64,000 nucleotides of DNA from Longilinea sp. (GTDB lineage Bacteria; Chloroflexota; Anaerolineae; Anaerolineales; Anaerolineaceae): contig DATMYV010000020.1 of assembly GCA_035560795.1 (NCBI GenBank), forward strand, positions 15,152-79,151. The letters run 5' to 3'. Positions 1 to 8,638 of the stretch are shown here, piece by piece. Every line of letters starts with the position of its first letter. Within the stretch, counting starts at the first letter, position 1. The notes beneath the pieces are model-generated. The model did no database searches. It had not been told where the DNA came from and was given only the letters and a program-made list of their open reading frames with translations. The position numbers and the translations under genes were made by a program.

Positions 1-1
1 C

Positions 2-118
2 GCAGATGATTACCTGATCAAGCCTGTCCCGAGCGGCGTATTAATTGCCCACATTAATAAATTGGTGCGCCGCAAGCACGTCGATCAATTGCGAGTTGAA
101 ACCTATCTCACCACCTGA
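2..118 (+). CDS. C-terminal fragment of a response regulator receiver-domain protein (5' end outside window)
   Basis: Frame +2 reads ADDYLIKPVPSGVLIAHINKLVRR...TT*. (G)ADDYLxKP is the receiver-domain C-terminal motif. Not in the ORF track because it is short and partial. Confidence 0.75.
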   Translation, partial: ADDYLIKPVPSGVLIAHINKLVRRKHVDQLRVETYLTT

Positions 119-148
119 GTTAACAGGCTCGATGTCTGGATTTCGTAT

Positions 149-181
149 AAGCATCCACCTCAAGAGGTGGATGCTTTTTTT
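149..181 (+). terminator. Rho-independent terminator
   Basis: AAGCATCCACCT-caag-AGGTGGATGCTT stem followed by a T-run, just after the stop at 118. Confidence 0.8.
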
Positions 182-249
182 CAATATGAAAAGTTATGCA
201 AAGCCTAAGTGTAGTAAAATGAGAGAAATTATCCGGGGAGAAAAGAGCC

Positions 250-546
250 GTGCAAACCTGTTCCCGCTGCAATATTCAATCTGGCGATTCGCTCACCATT
301 TGCCCGAACTGCGGCGCTGATCTGCAGGAATTATCCACCACTGCGGTATCGCTAAAACGCTTGCGCCAAAATTCCCGTGTGCTCGTCATCCGGCTGGTCA
401 TTTCAGCGGATGCCTGCCCCGCCTGTCAGGCGGTCGAAGGGACCTATCCCAAAGATAAGGTCCCAACTCTGCCAGTCAAAGGGTGCTCCTGTGGGCAGGG
501 CTGTACCTGTTTCTATGAACCGATGCTAAATGAAATATATCCATAA
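250..546 (+). CDS. Small cysteine-rich protein (N-terminal zinc ribbon plus C-terminal Cys cluster)
   Basis: GTG start after GGGGAG. CSRC-x10-CPNC zinc ribbon, then CPAC and CSCGQGCTC; 10 Cys in 98 aa. Confidence 0.75.
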   Translation: MQTCSRCNIQSGDSLTICPNCGADLQELSTTAVSLKRLRQNSRVLVIRLVISADACPACQAVEGTYPKDKVPTLPVKGCSCGQGCTCFYEPMLNEIYP

Positions 547-559
547 CCAAATTTGAGGG

Positions 560-603
560 AAAAAAAACAAAGCGCCTCAGAAAGACTGAGGCGCTTCGTT
601 TTT
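560..603. terminator. Bidirectional terminator
   Basis: AAGCGCCTCAG/CTGAGGCGCTT stem flanked by an A-run and a T-run, between convergent genes. Confidence 0.8.
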
Positions 604-616
604 ATCAATATTGAGC

Positions 617-1387
617 TCAAGCAGCGGCCATATTGACCAGTTGAATCAATGCATCAGCCACAACCCGGGGGGCTTCCATCATCGGCAAATGCGATGCTTG
701 AGGAACTTCAACCAGCCAACCGCGGGTAAGCATTTGCGCCATGGTCTGTGAATGTTCAATTGGAATAAGTTCATCAATCAAGCCGCCAATTACAACCGCA
801 GGTGCACAAATTTCACCCAACCATTCCAAAGCATCGGGCCGCTCAGCCATAGCCTTTAATGCTGCGATCATGCCCTTTTTTGGAGTTTTTAACATCATGT
901 CCAGCAGTTCAGGCGCAAGATCTTTTCGAGTAGTGAGTTTTGGCAGCATTTTCCTGGCAACCACACGCACGCCCTTCCGTCCCACTTCTTCCATGGTGAT
1001 ATACCGTCCCTGGCGTTTTTCAGGGGTATCAGCCTCAGCCTGGCTGGCTACCATAGCCAACCCGCCCAGACAATGCGGATAAGCACGCGCAAAAGCCAGG
1101 CTGACATAACCGCCCATGGAATGGCCGGCGATCACGGCTTTTTCAATTCCAAGCTTTGTCAACAACAATCGTACATCTTCTGCCATCAAACGCATGGAGG
1201 AATCCCCATCAATAACCGGAGATTGTCCCTGGCCGCGTAAATCGGGCATGATGACCCGGGCATGGTCCTTTAAGAGCTCTGCCACCGGCTTCCAGATGGC
1301 ATGATTTAAGGGGAAGCCGTGAAGGAGAACAATCGGGAAACCCTGCCCGATCTCTTCATAAAATAATTCAACTGGCGCAAGATCCAT
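617..1387 (-). CDS. Alpha/beta fold hydrolase
   Basis: LLHGFP oxyanion motif, DLRGQG, GHSMGG nucleophile elbow, C-terminal SHL His. Start placed at MDLAPV, overlapping the upstream stop. Confidence 0.9.
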   Translation of the reverse strand: MDLAPVELFYEEIGQGFPIVLLHGFPLNHAIWKPVAELLKDHARVIMPDLRGQGQSPVIDGDSSMRLMAEDVRLLLTKLGIEKAVIAGHSMGGYVSLAFARAYPHCLGGLAMVASQAEADTPEKRQGRYITMEEVGRKGVRVVARKMLPKLTTRKDLAPELLDMMLKTPKKGMIAALKAMAERPDALEWLGEICAPAVVIGGLIDELIPIEHSQTMAQMLTRGWLVEVPQASHLPMMEAPRVVADALIQLVNMAAA

Positions 1388-2910
1388 CACTCTTCTCCTT
1401 CTTTTTCCGGTTGCATCGTCAACCATGTTTCTGCAAACTCCAGGGCTGTTTTTCGATCAGCAATTTGCCCCATGGCTTGCGCTTCCCGGATTGCCTCAAG
1501 CAGTTTTCCTAACCGCGGCCCTGCTGGTATGTCGAAGTGTACCATGATTTCATTACCATTTACGAGGCGCGGCGGCCGGACGATCTCATCCGGCCGTTCC
1601 CACCATGCTTCCAGCAATTCTCGGCAGGTATCCAGTTCACATTGCCATAACTCCGCATCCAGTGTTACCCCATAAGTGGCCAGCATATCTGCCAGGCTCA
1701 ATAAACAGATGTCCACGCCAGCGACACCAGCATCGCGAAAAAATCGGTAAATCGCTTTCCGGCTGATACTTTGGCGTCCATCAGACAGCTGGTGTACACG
1801 CAGGTGCCCGAGGATGATTTTTGAGAGGCGTTCAATTTCTGCGCTGCTCAGTGCAAACCGGATGCCAAACGCTTCGACCAGCCCAGCACTTTGTTTTTCA
1901 TGTCCGAAGAACCGGATGCGGCCATCTGTTTCGACGCTGCGCGTAGCAGGTTTTCCAGCGTCATGAAACAAGGCGGCCAACATAAGCAAGCTGCGAATGC
2001 TGCGATCCGGAATGAGTTGCGCATCGAAATGTTCCACCAGTCGTTCTCGGTAACGCCCCAACCGCAGTACAACCAATCCCAGCATCAGATCAGAGGCTGA
2101 GTTTTCGACATACTCGCCAACCAGTACACCCAACAACTTTTCCAACCACCTCAACACCTTTAATGTGTGTTCCCAAACATCCAGGGTGTGAGGTTTACTT
2201 TGCAGAACGCCCTGCATCTGTGTCAGCTCAGACAAAACCAAATCCAACACGCCAAGTGCCTGCATCAGACGTAGCGCACTTTCGGGATGCTGGCCTTCCA
2301 ACATCCGGAAGAGCTCATCCCGCTGGCGTTCCACTGAAACCCGGCAAAGGTCTCCGGCGGCTTGGCGGGCTTGCCGCAGTGTTTCAGGCATTATGTGCAG
2401 TTCCAACTCCAGGGACAGGCGGATAGCCCGCAAAACGCGTACTGGATCGTTCTGGAAGCTGTCTGGAGCACAGGTACGGAGTTGGTGTTCGTGGAGGTCC
2501 CTGGCGCCACCCAAGGGGTCGACAATCGCATTTCCGGCGTTCAAGTCCATCGCGATCGCATTGATGGTAAAATCGCGCGCCAACAAGTCTTCCTGTAAAT
2601 CATTACCGCGTAAGGCTGAGAAATCTAAAAACAATCTCTCGCGATCAGATAAGGACAAAATGACGCGCATGGTCTCGTGCATCGAATCCATTACATAAAA
2701 AGCTCCGCCCAATGCATTCGCCGTTTTACGGGCCAAGTGACGGACATCGCCAGAAACTGCAAAATCCATATCGTGCACGCTGCGTTGAAGCAGCAAATCA
2801 CGCACCGCCCCGCCAACCAGGTAAGCCTGCTGCCCCACCTGCAAATGCTGGCGGACTTGATCCAATAAATCCAGCGGTTTGAAGGCAGTGGTGGACGAGT
2901 TTTCGGTCAT
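1387..2910 (-). CDS. CCA-adding enzyme / poly(A) polymerase family nucleotidyltransferase with HD domain
   Basis: VGGAVRDLLL..HDMDF, RDFTINA and DPVRVLRAIR motifs, plus HDAGK HD motif. Start placed at MTENS. Confidence 0.9.
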   Translation of the reverse strand: MTENSSTTAFKPLDLLDQVRQHLQVGQQAYLVGGAVRDLLLQRSVHDMDFAVSGDVRHLARKTANALGGAFYVMDSMHETMRVILSLSDRERLFLDFSALRGNDLQEDLLARDFTINAIAMDLNAGNAIVDPLGGARDLHEHQLRTCAPDSFQNDPVRVLRAIRLSLELELHIMPETLRQARQAAGDLCRVSVERQRDELFRMLEGQHPESALRLMQALGVLDLVLSELTQMQGVLQSKPHTLDVWEHTLKVLRWLEKLLGVLVGEYVENSASDLMLGLVVLRLGRYRERLVEHFDAQLIPDRSIRSLLMLAALFHDAGKPATRSVETDGRIRFFGHEKQSAGLVEAFGIRFALSSAEIERLSKIILGHLRVHQLSDGRQSISRKAIYRFFRDAGVAGVDICLLSLADMLATYGVTLDAELWQCELDTCRELLEAWWERPDEIVRPPRLVNGNEIMVHFDIPAGPRLGKLLEAIREAQAMGQIADRKTALEFAETWLTMQPEKEGEE

Positions 2911-2914
2911 ATCG

Positions 2915-3475
2915 TCAAATTGGCTTGTACTTCGCCAGATTAACAACCCCGACAAATGGCAAATTTCGATAATAGTCGTCAATATCCAGGCCGTAACCAA
3001 AAACAAATTTGTTTGGAATTGTAAAACCGGTATATTTCACCGGCACGTATACTTCCCGTCGTTCGGCCTTGTCCAACAGCGTGCATACGCATAGACTTTT
3101 CGGCTTGCGCAAGGAAAGCATTTCCAATACAGATGCCAGTGTGTGCCCACTGTCGATAATGTCTTCCACCAGAATGACATTCTTGTCCTGAATGTCCGTG
3201 TTTAGATCCAGCGTTATGCGCGTTTGGCCGGTGGTTTCCCGCTTCCCGACGCCATAAGAGGATACAGCCATGAATTCGATTGCATGCGGATGGCGGATGG
3301 TGCGCATCAAATCCGTTAAAAACATCACACCACCACGCAGGATGCAAACCAGCAGCAATTTATCTTCCTCGCTGTAATCATTGCTGATCTCCTCGCCCAA
3401 TTCGTGGATCCGGTGCTGCAATTCTTCTGCGGGAATCAGCACTTCAGCCAAAAATTCGTGGTAATCCTGGACCAT
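2915..3475 (-). CDS. hpt: Hypoxanthine phosphoribosyltransferase
   Basis: ILRGG, VEDIIDSGHT PRPP-binding motif, FVFGYGLD..YRNLP. Confidence 0.95.
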   Translation of the reverse strand: MVQDYHEFLAEVLIPAEELQHRIHELGEEISNDYSEEDKLLLVCILRGGVMFLTDLMRTIRHPHAIEFMAVSSYGVGKRETTGQTRITLDLNTDIQDKNVILVEDIIDSGHTLASVLEMLSLRKPKSLCVCTLLDKAERREVYVPVKYTGFTIPNKFVFGYGLDIDDYYRNLPFVGVVNLAKYKPI

Positions 3476-3490
3476 GGTGGTTGTTTTCCT

Positions 3491-4063
3491 TCAATCCCGG
3501 GGAACTTCATGATGCTTGCGGCAGCGGGCTTCATACATCTCCGAAGCACCTACGATAATAATCGGATCGTAATAACGCGCTGGTTTTCCATTGACCAGGC
3601 GCTGTGTGCGGCAGGCCGGCTCGCCGCAGACCATGCAAATGGCCTGCAATTTATCAGCTCTTTCGGCGGTTGCCATCAAAACAGGCATGCTTCCAAACGG
3701 CTCACCACGAAAATCGGTATCCAAACCAGCAACAATCACTCGCAAATCACGCTTAGCCAGATCTGCGACTACTTGTATGATTTCATCATCGAAGAATTGG
3801 GCTTCATCAATGCCGACAACCGTCGTATCCTTATCCAACAGTCCGAATAAATCATGAATGGTCGCGATTGGTACTGCGTCAAAATCAAACCCGGAGTGCG
3901 AGGTCACTTTTTCAACCTGATATCGGTTATCAATGATGGGTTTAAAAACCTGGACCTTCTGGCGGGCAATCGTCGCCCGGCGCAACCGCCGGATGAGTTC
4001 TTCCGTCTTTCCACTGAACATTGACCCAACCACAACCTCAACTGATCCGGTGTGATGCTTCAT
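3491..4063 (-). CDS. tdk: Thymidine kinase
   Basis: [15 protein letters not shown]-loop, [20 protein letters not shown], Zn-binding CMVC...YEARCR. Confidence 0.95.
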   Translation of the reverse strand: MKHHTGSVEVVVGSMFSGKTEELIRRLRRATIARQKVQVFKPIIDNRYQVEKVTSHSGFDFDAVPIATIHDLFGLLDKDTTVVGIDEAQFFDDEIIQVVADLAKRDLRVIVAGLDTDFRGEPFGSMPVLMATAERADKLQAICMVCGEPACRTQRLVNGKPARYYDPIIIVGASEMYEARCRKHHEVPRD

Positions 4064-4140
4064 GATTTGCCTCGTTTGCATAAGGATGTTCAGATTTTAC
4101 CCCAAGTTGTTTCAATTAGGGGACATGCTGTATTAATAAT

Positions 4141-4168
4141 AAAAGGCAGAAGCCCTTGGCTTCTGCCT
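4141..4168 (-). terminator. Rho-independent terminator of the rplU-rpmA-rpmE operon
   Basis: AGGCAGAAGCC/GGCTTCTGCCT stem with an adjacent A-run on the + strand (T-run on -). Confidence 0.75.
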
Positions 4169-4194
4169 GATTTTCAACAATCTTGTCTCCTAAA

Positions 4195-4668
4195 CTACGC
4201 GCTGGCTTCCTCAGAAGTCGGCAGCTCGTAACCTAGTTGACGGATGCGTTTCTTGGTGTCGATCAATGATTTGCGGCCAAAACCTTCAACTTCAAGCAAC
4301 TTTTCGTCGCCGCCGGCCAACCGTTCAATGACCTGGCCAATGGTCGTCAAACCTACCTTGACCAGTGCATCGGTGGGACGGGCGCCAAGATTGAGTTCTG
4401 AAACCGGGCGCGAGGGTGAAACCCGTTCGGTATCGCGCGCTTTCTTTTGATCCAGGAAACCCTGACGGGCCTGGAGTTTCTTGTAGAAGCGGTCAACCTG
4501 TCCTTCGATATCAATAATGCGTGCCTGCTGACCCGTGAAGAATGGGTGACATTTCGAGCAGACTTCGGTTCGGATTTCCTTCTTTGTTGAACCGGTTGTC
4601 CAGGTATTTCCACAAGCACAAACTACGCGTGCGTCCGGATAAAAAGTAGGGTGAATGCCCTTCTTCAT
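4195..4668 (-). CDS. rpmE: 50S ribosomal protein L31 (Zn-binding type) with C-terminal RNA polymerase alpha-CTD-like domain
   Basis: [27 protein letters not shown] is L31. The extra ~85 aa contain [30 protein letters not shown]. Confidence 0.92.
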   Translation of the reverse strand: MKKGIHPTFYPDARVVCACGNTWTTGSTKKEIRTEVCSKCHPFFTGQQARIIDIEGQVDRFYKKLQARQGFLDQKKARDTERVSPSRPVSELNLGARPTDALVKVGLTTIGQVIERLAGGDEKLLEVEGFGRKSLIDTKKRIRQLGYELPTSEEASA

Positions 4669-4747
4669 CGGAACGATCCTTCCTTCCACTCAGGGATGCT
4701 CTGACCTCCGTCAACGGCAACCGAAGACGGTGTAGAGCCAATAGGCC

Positions 4748-5029
4748 CTAAGCCGCTTGCGCGGTTTCGGTCACTTCGACTGGCTGAACGCTGACGCGTT
4801 TTTGTCCGGTCGGTAAAGTCTCGTATGCCACGATCCCGTCAATGGTTGCAAACAGGGTATCATCGCTTCCGCGCCCAACATTTAAGCCGGGCTTGATGCG
4901 GGTTCCGCGCTGGCGGACCAGAATATTGCCCGAAAGCACAGTTTCGCCTGCATAGCGTTTCACGCCCAGGCGCTGTGAATTGCTGTCGCGGCCATTCCGT
5001 ACGGAACCACCACCTTTTTTATGCGCCAT
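4748..5029 (-). CDS. rpmA: 50S ribosomal protein L27
   Basis: [38 protein letters not shown]. Confidence 0.98.
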   Translation of the reverse strand: MAHKKGGGSVRNGRDSNSQRLGVKRYAGETVLSGNILVRQRGTRIKPGLNVGRGSDDTLFATIDGIVAYETLPTGQKRVSVQPVEVTETAQAA

Positions 5030-5033
5030 TTTC

Positions 5034-5351
5034 TTACTCCACTTCGATCTTGTTAATCATCAGGCGGGTATAAGTCTGACGATGGCCGGTTTTAACCCGG
5101 ATACGCTTTTTCGCCTGGTATTTAAAGATGATCAGTTTGGGGCCTTTGAAGTGTTCCACTACAGAAGCCTTCACCTGAGCGCCTTTAACCGAAGGCGTGC
5201 CAACAGATATTTTCTCTCCGTCCACAAGTAGTAGAACTTGGTCAAGCGCCAGTTCTTTGCCAGCTTCGACCGGGAGAAGATCCACTTCAATGGTGGACCC
5301 TTCAACAGCGCGGAATTGCTTACCGCCGCTCTCAACGATGGCGTACTTCAT
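5034..5351 (-). CDS. rplU: 50S ribosomal protein L21
   Basis: [11 protein letters not shown] and GHRQ motifs; immediately upstream of rpmA. Confidence 0.97.
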   Translation of the reverse strand: MKYAIVESGGKQFRAVEGSTIEVDLLPVEAGKELALDQVLLLVDGEKISVGTPSVKGAQVKASVVEHFKGPKLIIFKYQAKKRIRVKTGHRQTYTRLMINKIEVE

Positions 5352-5470
5352 ACGATTCTCCAATCTTCACTTCACCGTTCAACCTGCGCCCATCAATACG
5401 CCAGCCAACGGGGAAGTTGGGGATACAATTTTTCGCCCCAGCGACATGCTGCCGGGGCAGAGCGAAGACA

Positions 5471-5499
5471 ATTATAGGCTCTCTGGCAGAGTTTGTCAA
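5471..5499 (-). promoter_or_regulatory. Consensus sigma70 promoter for rplU-rpmA-rpmE
   Basis: Minus strand reads TTGACA-17 nt-TATAAT, a perfect consensus. Confidence 0.85.
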
Positions 5500-5513
5500 C
5501 GGTTGGCAGATGA

Positions 5514-7394
5514 TTATAATAATTTTCTTACATCGCCATCCCGAACGGTGATTTTCTGGTTATCCAAGTATTCCAACAAGGCCAAGGCATATTTTCTTGT
5601 GGTATTGAATAAATCCCGAAATTCCGCGACTGTCAACGTCCCTTGCGTTTTCAAATGGTCGATGGCCGCCTCCAACATGCGGTCATAATCTTCTTTGCGG
5701 AATAGAACATTCTCAGAAACCTTTACCAGGTCACCCCGCTCAATCAACAAAACGAGCACTTCCACTCCAACCTCATCCTGGCTTTCTTTATACGAAGGAG
5801 GTAAGGCCGGAGCTTCTTTGAACCGCCGCAACAAATTTTCTACTTTTTCTTCTTCCTGCCTCGTGAAAGTCCGTTCAAAACCCTCCCTTGCTACAACCGC
5901 TCCAAGCTCGTTAATTTGGCCCAGTTTCGACCACATATGCATGGCTGCATTGAATACGCGCGGATGCATTTTTAAACGGCTCTTCAATGCTTCACGTGGC
6001 ATCCCGCGCCGCAGGGGATTTGTCTTGTGAAATATCTCCAGTTCATGCATTGCACGGGCGGTTTCCTGCTCCCAGAGACTTTTGGATACCGCCAACGGAT
6101 CACTACCTTCCTCATCGAGGAGGATTAACTCGCCATTTTTTACCAATTCAGCGGTGGCAGTTTCAAGCTGTTCTTTTTCTAAACGCGAATACGCTTTCAC
6201 CTTAGCCAGTGGGGCTGCACCTAATGCCAGGCTGGCCTGCAGCAGCACATCGTTCGGCTGACCTAGCCGCATTGCTTCCAACTGTTGTAACACCGAAGAA
6301 TCGAACCGTTTATGCCGCTGCTTGGGTTGCGGATCGACAATACTTCCCCCGCCCAATGTTTCACCCGGTGACGGCCGCCGCAGGATGTAACGATCGCCGC
6401 GCACGGCGATAATCGGGTCACGAAGCTCCAACTGCAGCCAGCCTTGACCACCCGGCATGATTTTTTCACTCCCCAACAGACGCACCCGGGCTAAAACCTC
6501 TGCTGTACCCAGGTAAAACTTCACCTCGGTATTATGTACCAGTGCACCGGCAGCTTCGCTGAGCAATCGGAAATTGACATCGATGCGTTGCGTTGGAAGG
6601 TATTTTCCCGGATGTGCAAGGACGTTGCCGCGTTGCACGTCCGCCACGTCCAAACCGGCAATATTCACAGCTGTTCGGCTGCCAGGAAATGCAGTTTCTT
6701 CTTTGTGTTTGTGCGTTTGTAACCCGCGAATTCGTCCGCGTTTTCCAGCAGGCAGTACATCGACCTCATCGCCAACAGAAAAATGTCCATCGATTAACGT
6801 TCCGGTAGCCACGGTACCGAATCCAGGCATGGAAAATACACGGTCAATCGGCAATCGTGGTCTGCCAAGATCAAGCCTTGCCTGAATGTTGGCCAGACAT
6901 TCAGCCAACGCCTGAAGCAGCGCATCAAGGCCAATCCGCGTGCGTGCAGAAACCCGGATAATCGGTGCGTGTTCCAGAACTGAACCACTTAATGCCTGTC
7001 GTACTTCTTCTTCAACCAGATCCAACCAGTCTGAATCCGGAACCAAATCAATTTTTGTCAGGACAACCACGCCGTTTTGAACTTGAAGCAAATCCAAAAT
7101 CGCCAGGTGCTCGCGTGTCTGCGGCATGACGCCTTCATCGGCAGCGATGACAAACATAGCTGCGTCAATACCACCCACGCCAGCCAGCATATTTTCGATA
7201 AAATCGCGGTGTCCGGGAACATCCACAATTCCAACCGGTTCGCCGTCCGGCAGGGTCATCCAGGCAAAGCCCAGGTCGATTGTCATCTCGCGCTCCTGCT
7301 CCTCTTTTAGACGGTCAGGATGCGTTCCTGTAAGAGCAGCTACCAGCGTGGACTTTCCGTGATCAACATGCCCGGCGGTGCCGATGACGTGCAC
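5514..7394 (-). CDS. selB: Selenocysteine-specific elongation factor SelB
   Basis: GTAGHVDHGKS, MTIDLGFA, DVPGHRDF, PIDRVF, and the C-terminal winged-helix end TRKYALALLEYLD. Confidence 0.97.
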   Translation of the reverse strand: MHVIGTAGHVDHGKSTLVAALTGTHPDRLKEEQEREMTIDLGFAWMTLPDGEPVGIVDVPGHRDFIENMLAGVGGIDAAMFVIAADEGVMPQTREHLAILDLLQVQNGVVVLTKIDLVPDSDWLDLVEEEVRQALSGSVLEHAPIIRVSARTRIGLDALLQALAECLANIQARLDLGRPRLPIDRVFSMPGFGTVATGTLIDGHFSVGDEVDVLPAGKRGRIRGLQTHKHKEETAFPGSRTAVNIAGLDVADVQRGNVLAHPGKYLPTQRIDVNFRLLSEAAGALVHNTEVKFYLGTAEVLARVRLLGSEKIMPGGQGWLQLELRDPIIAVRGDRYILRRPSPGETLGGGSIVDPQPKQRHKRFDSSVLQQLEAMRLGQPNDVLLQASLALGAAPLAKVKAYSRLEKEQLETATAELVKNGELILLDEEGSDPLAVSKSLWEQETARAMHELEIFHKTNPLRRGMPREALKSRLKMHPRVFNAAMHMWSKLGQINELGAVVAREGFERTFTRQEEEKVENLLRRFKEAPALPPSYKESQDEVGVEVLVLLIERGDLVKVSENVLFRKEDYDRMLEAAIDHLKTQGTLTVAEFRDLFNTTRKYALALLEYLDNQKITVRDGDVRKLL

Positions 7395-7402
7395 TGCCCC
7401 TC

Positions 7403-8581
7403 CTAGTGGTTTTGCCCGAAGGATTTATCGTACTGTTCCACCCAATCGCGCGCTGTGGATAATAGCGACTGAAGCCGCTTTTGAGTTTCATCGGTGATTT
7501 GATGTTGCAGATCATTTATTTCTTGCGTTACATCTTCCAACAAGACCAGGCGCTCATTCAGTTTTTCAAACTGGCGGCCGATTTCACGCTGAGTCTCCTC
7601 CTGAGAAAGCGTGTAATTCGTCCAGCGTTTCTGGTCATCAGCTTTAAAGGAAACCCATTCCTGCCGGAAGCGGTCTTCGGTCAGCCGCTGCATTTCTGTA
7701 ATTTCATTTATGCGGCGCTCAAAGCGCTGCGAGATTTCATCAAATCCATCCTGTGCGCGTTTGACAGCGCGGTGTGTTGCATCCAATGTTTGCAGCTGGG
7801 CATCCAGGTTTTGAGCTGATTTCTCGATGACCTCGAACCGGACTTTCCATTCTTTCCAAACACGGTCGCGTTCTACCTGCATTAAATTTTGTTTCTCAAT
7901 GAACGCTGTCTGTGCCTGCCGGCGTTCACCTTCAGCTGCCTGGTATTCCGCCAGCCGCATCTCAATTTTTCGCAACGAATCGGCGTTCATATCAGCTTTT
8001 CCGCGCTGCTCTTCCAACCGTTTTCTGGATGCTGCCACTTCACTCTGCAGGTCTGTCAGTCGTTTTGTATCCTGACGTTGTGCATCCTCGAGAAGTTTTA
8101 TGGCACGGCGGTATTCTTCATCACCGCGGGTCGATTCAACCAGTTTTTGTTCCAGTTCTTCAATTAACCGGCCAAGTCTAAAATCCTCTTCCACGCGCGC
8201 TTGCAAGCTGCGTTTCAACTCCGTAATGGGTTCCAAACCTTTGCGGACATCTCCTATGGCTATACTGAGCGCTTCCACATCTGCCCGCCGCTGCTTTTCA
8301 ATATCACGATCACGCTCAACCCTTTGGCGTTCAGAGCTTTCGACAGCCCGGCTGGTTTCAACCCGAACCTGCCCAATCATGGCTTCAAGTTGGTCAAATC
8401 GCGGCATTGTTGCAGAGAGGCGGGCTAAATCCAGGCTTTGTTCTTTAATTTGCTGGACCAATGGTGGAATACTTCCTGCCATCGAATTGATTTTCTCTTC
8501 CAGGGTTGCAATCGTCGTTTTATCTTTTCGGCGTTCATCGTCAAGCCAATCCAGGCGCTTGATGATTTGTTCAAGGTCCAT
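7403..8581 (-). CDS. Long coiled-coil protein of unknown function
   Basis: 392 aa, E/R/Q/L/K-rich with heptad-like pattern, few Pro, no TM segment; GAGGTG RBS; ends 8 nt before selB. Confidence 0.85.
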   Translation of the reverse strand: MDLEQIIKRLDWLDDERRKDKTTIATLEEKINSMAGSIPPLVQQIKEQSLDLARLSATMPRFDQLEAMIGQVRVETSRAVESSERQRVERDRDIEKQRRADVEALSIAIGDVRKGLEPITELKRSLQARVEEDFRLGRLIEELEQKLVESTRGDEEYRRAIKLLEDAQRQDTKRLTDLQSEVAASRKRLEEQRGKADMNADSLRKIEMRLAEYQAAEGERRQAQTAFIEKQNLMQVERDRVWKEWKVRFEVIEKSAQNLDAQLQTLDATHRAVKRAQDGFDEISQRFERRINEITEMQRLTEDRFRQEWVSFKADDQKRWTNYTLSQEETQREIGRQFEKLNERLVLLEDVTQEINDLQHQITDETQKRLQSLLSTARDWVEQYDKSFGQNH

Positions 8582-8638
8582 CCGACACCTCTTGTGGAAA
8601 CATTCGCTTTGGAGGATTATACCATCCAGCTATAGTCC

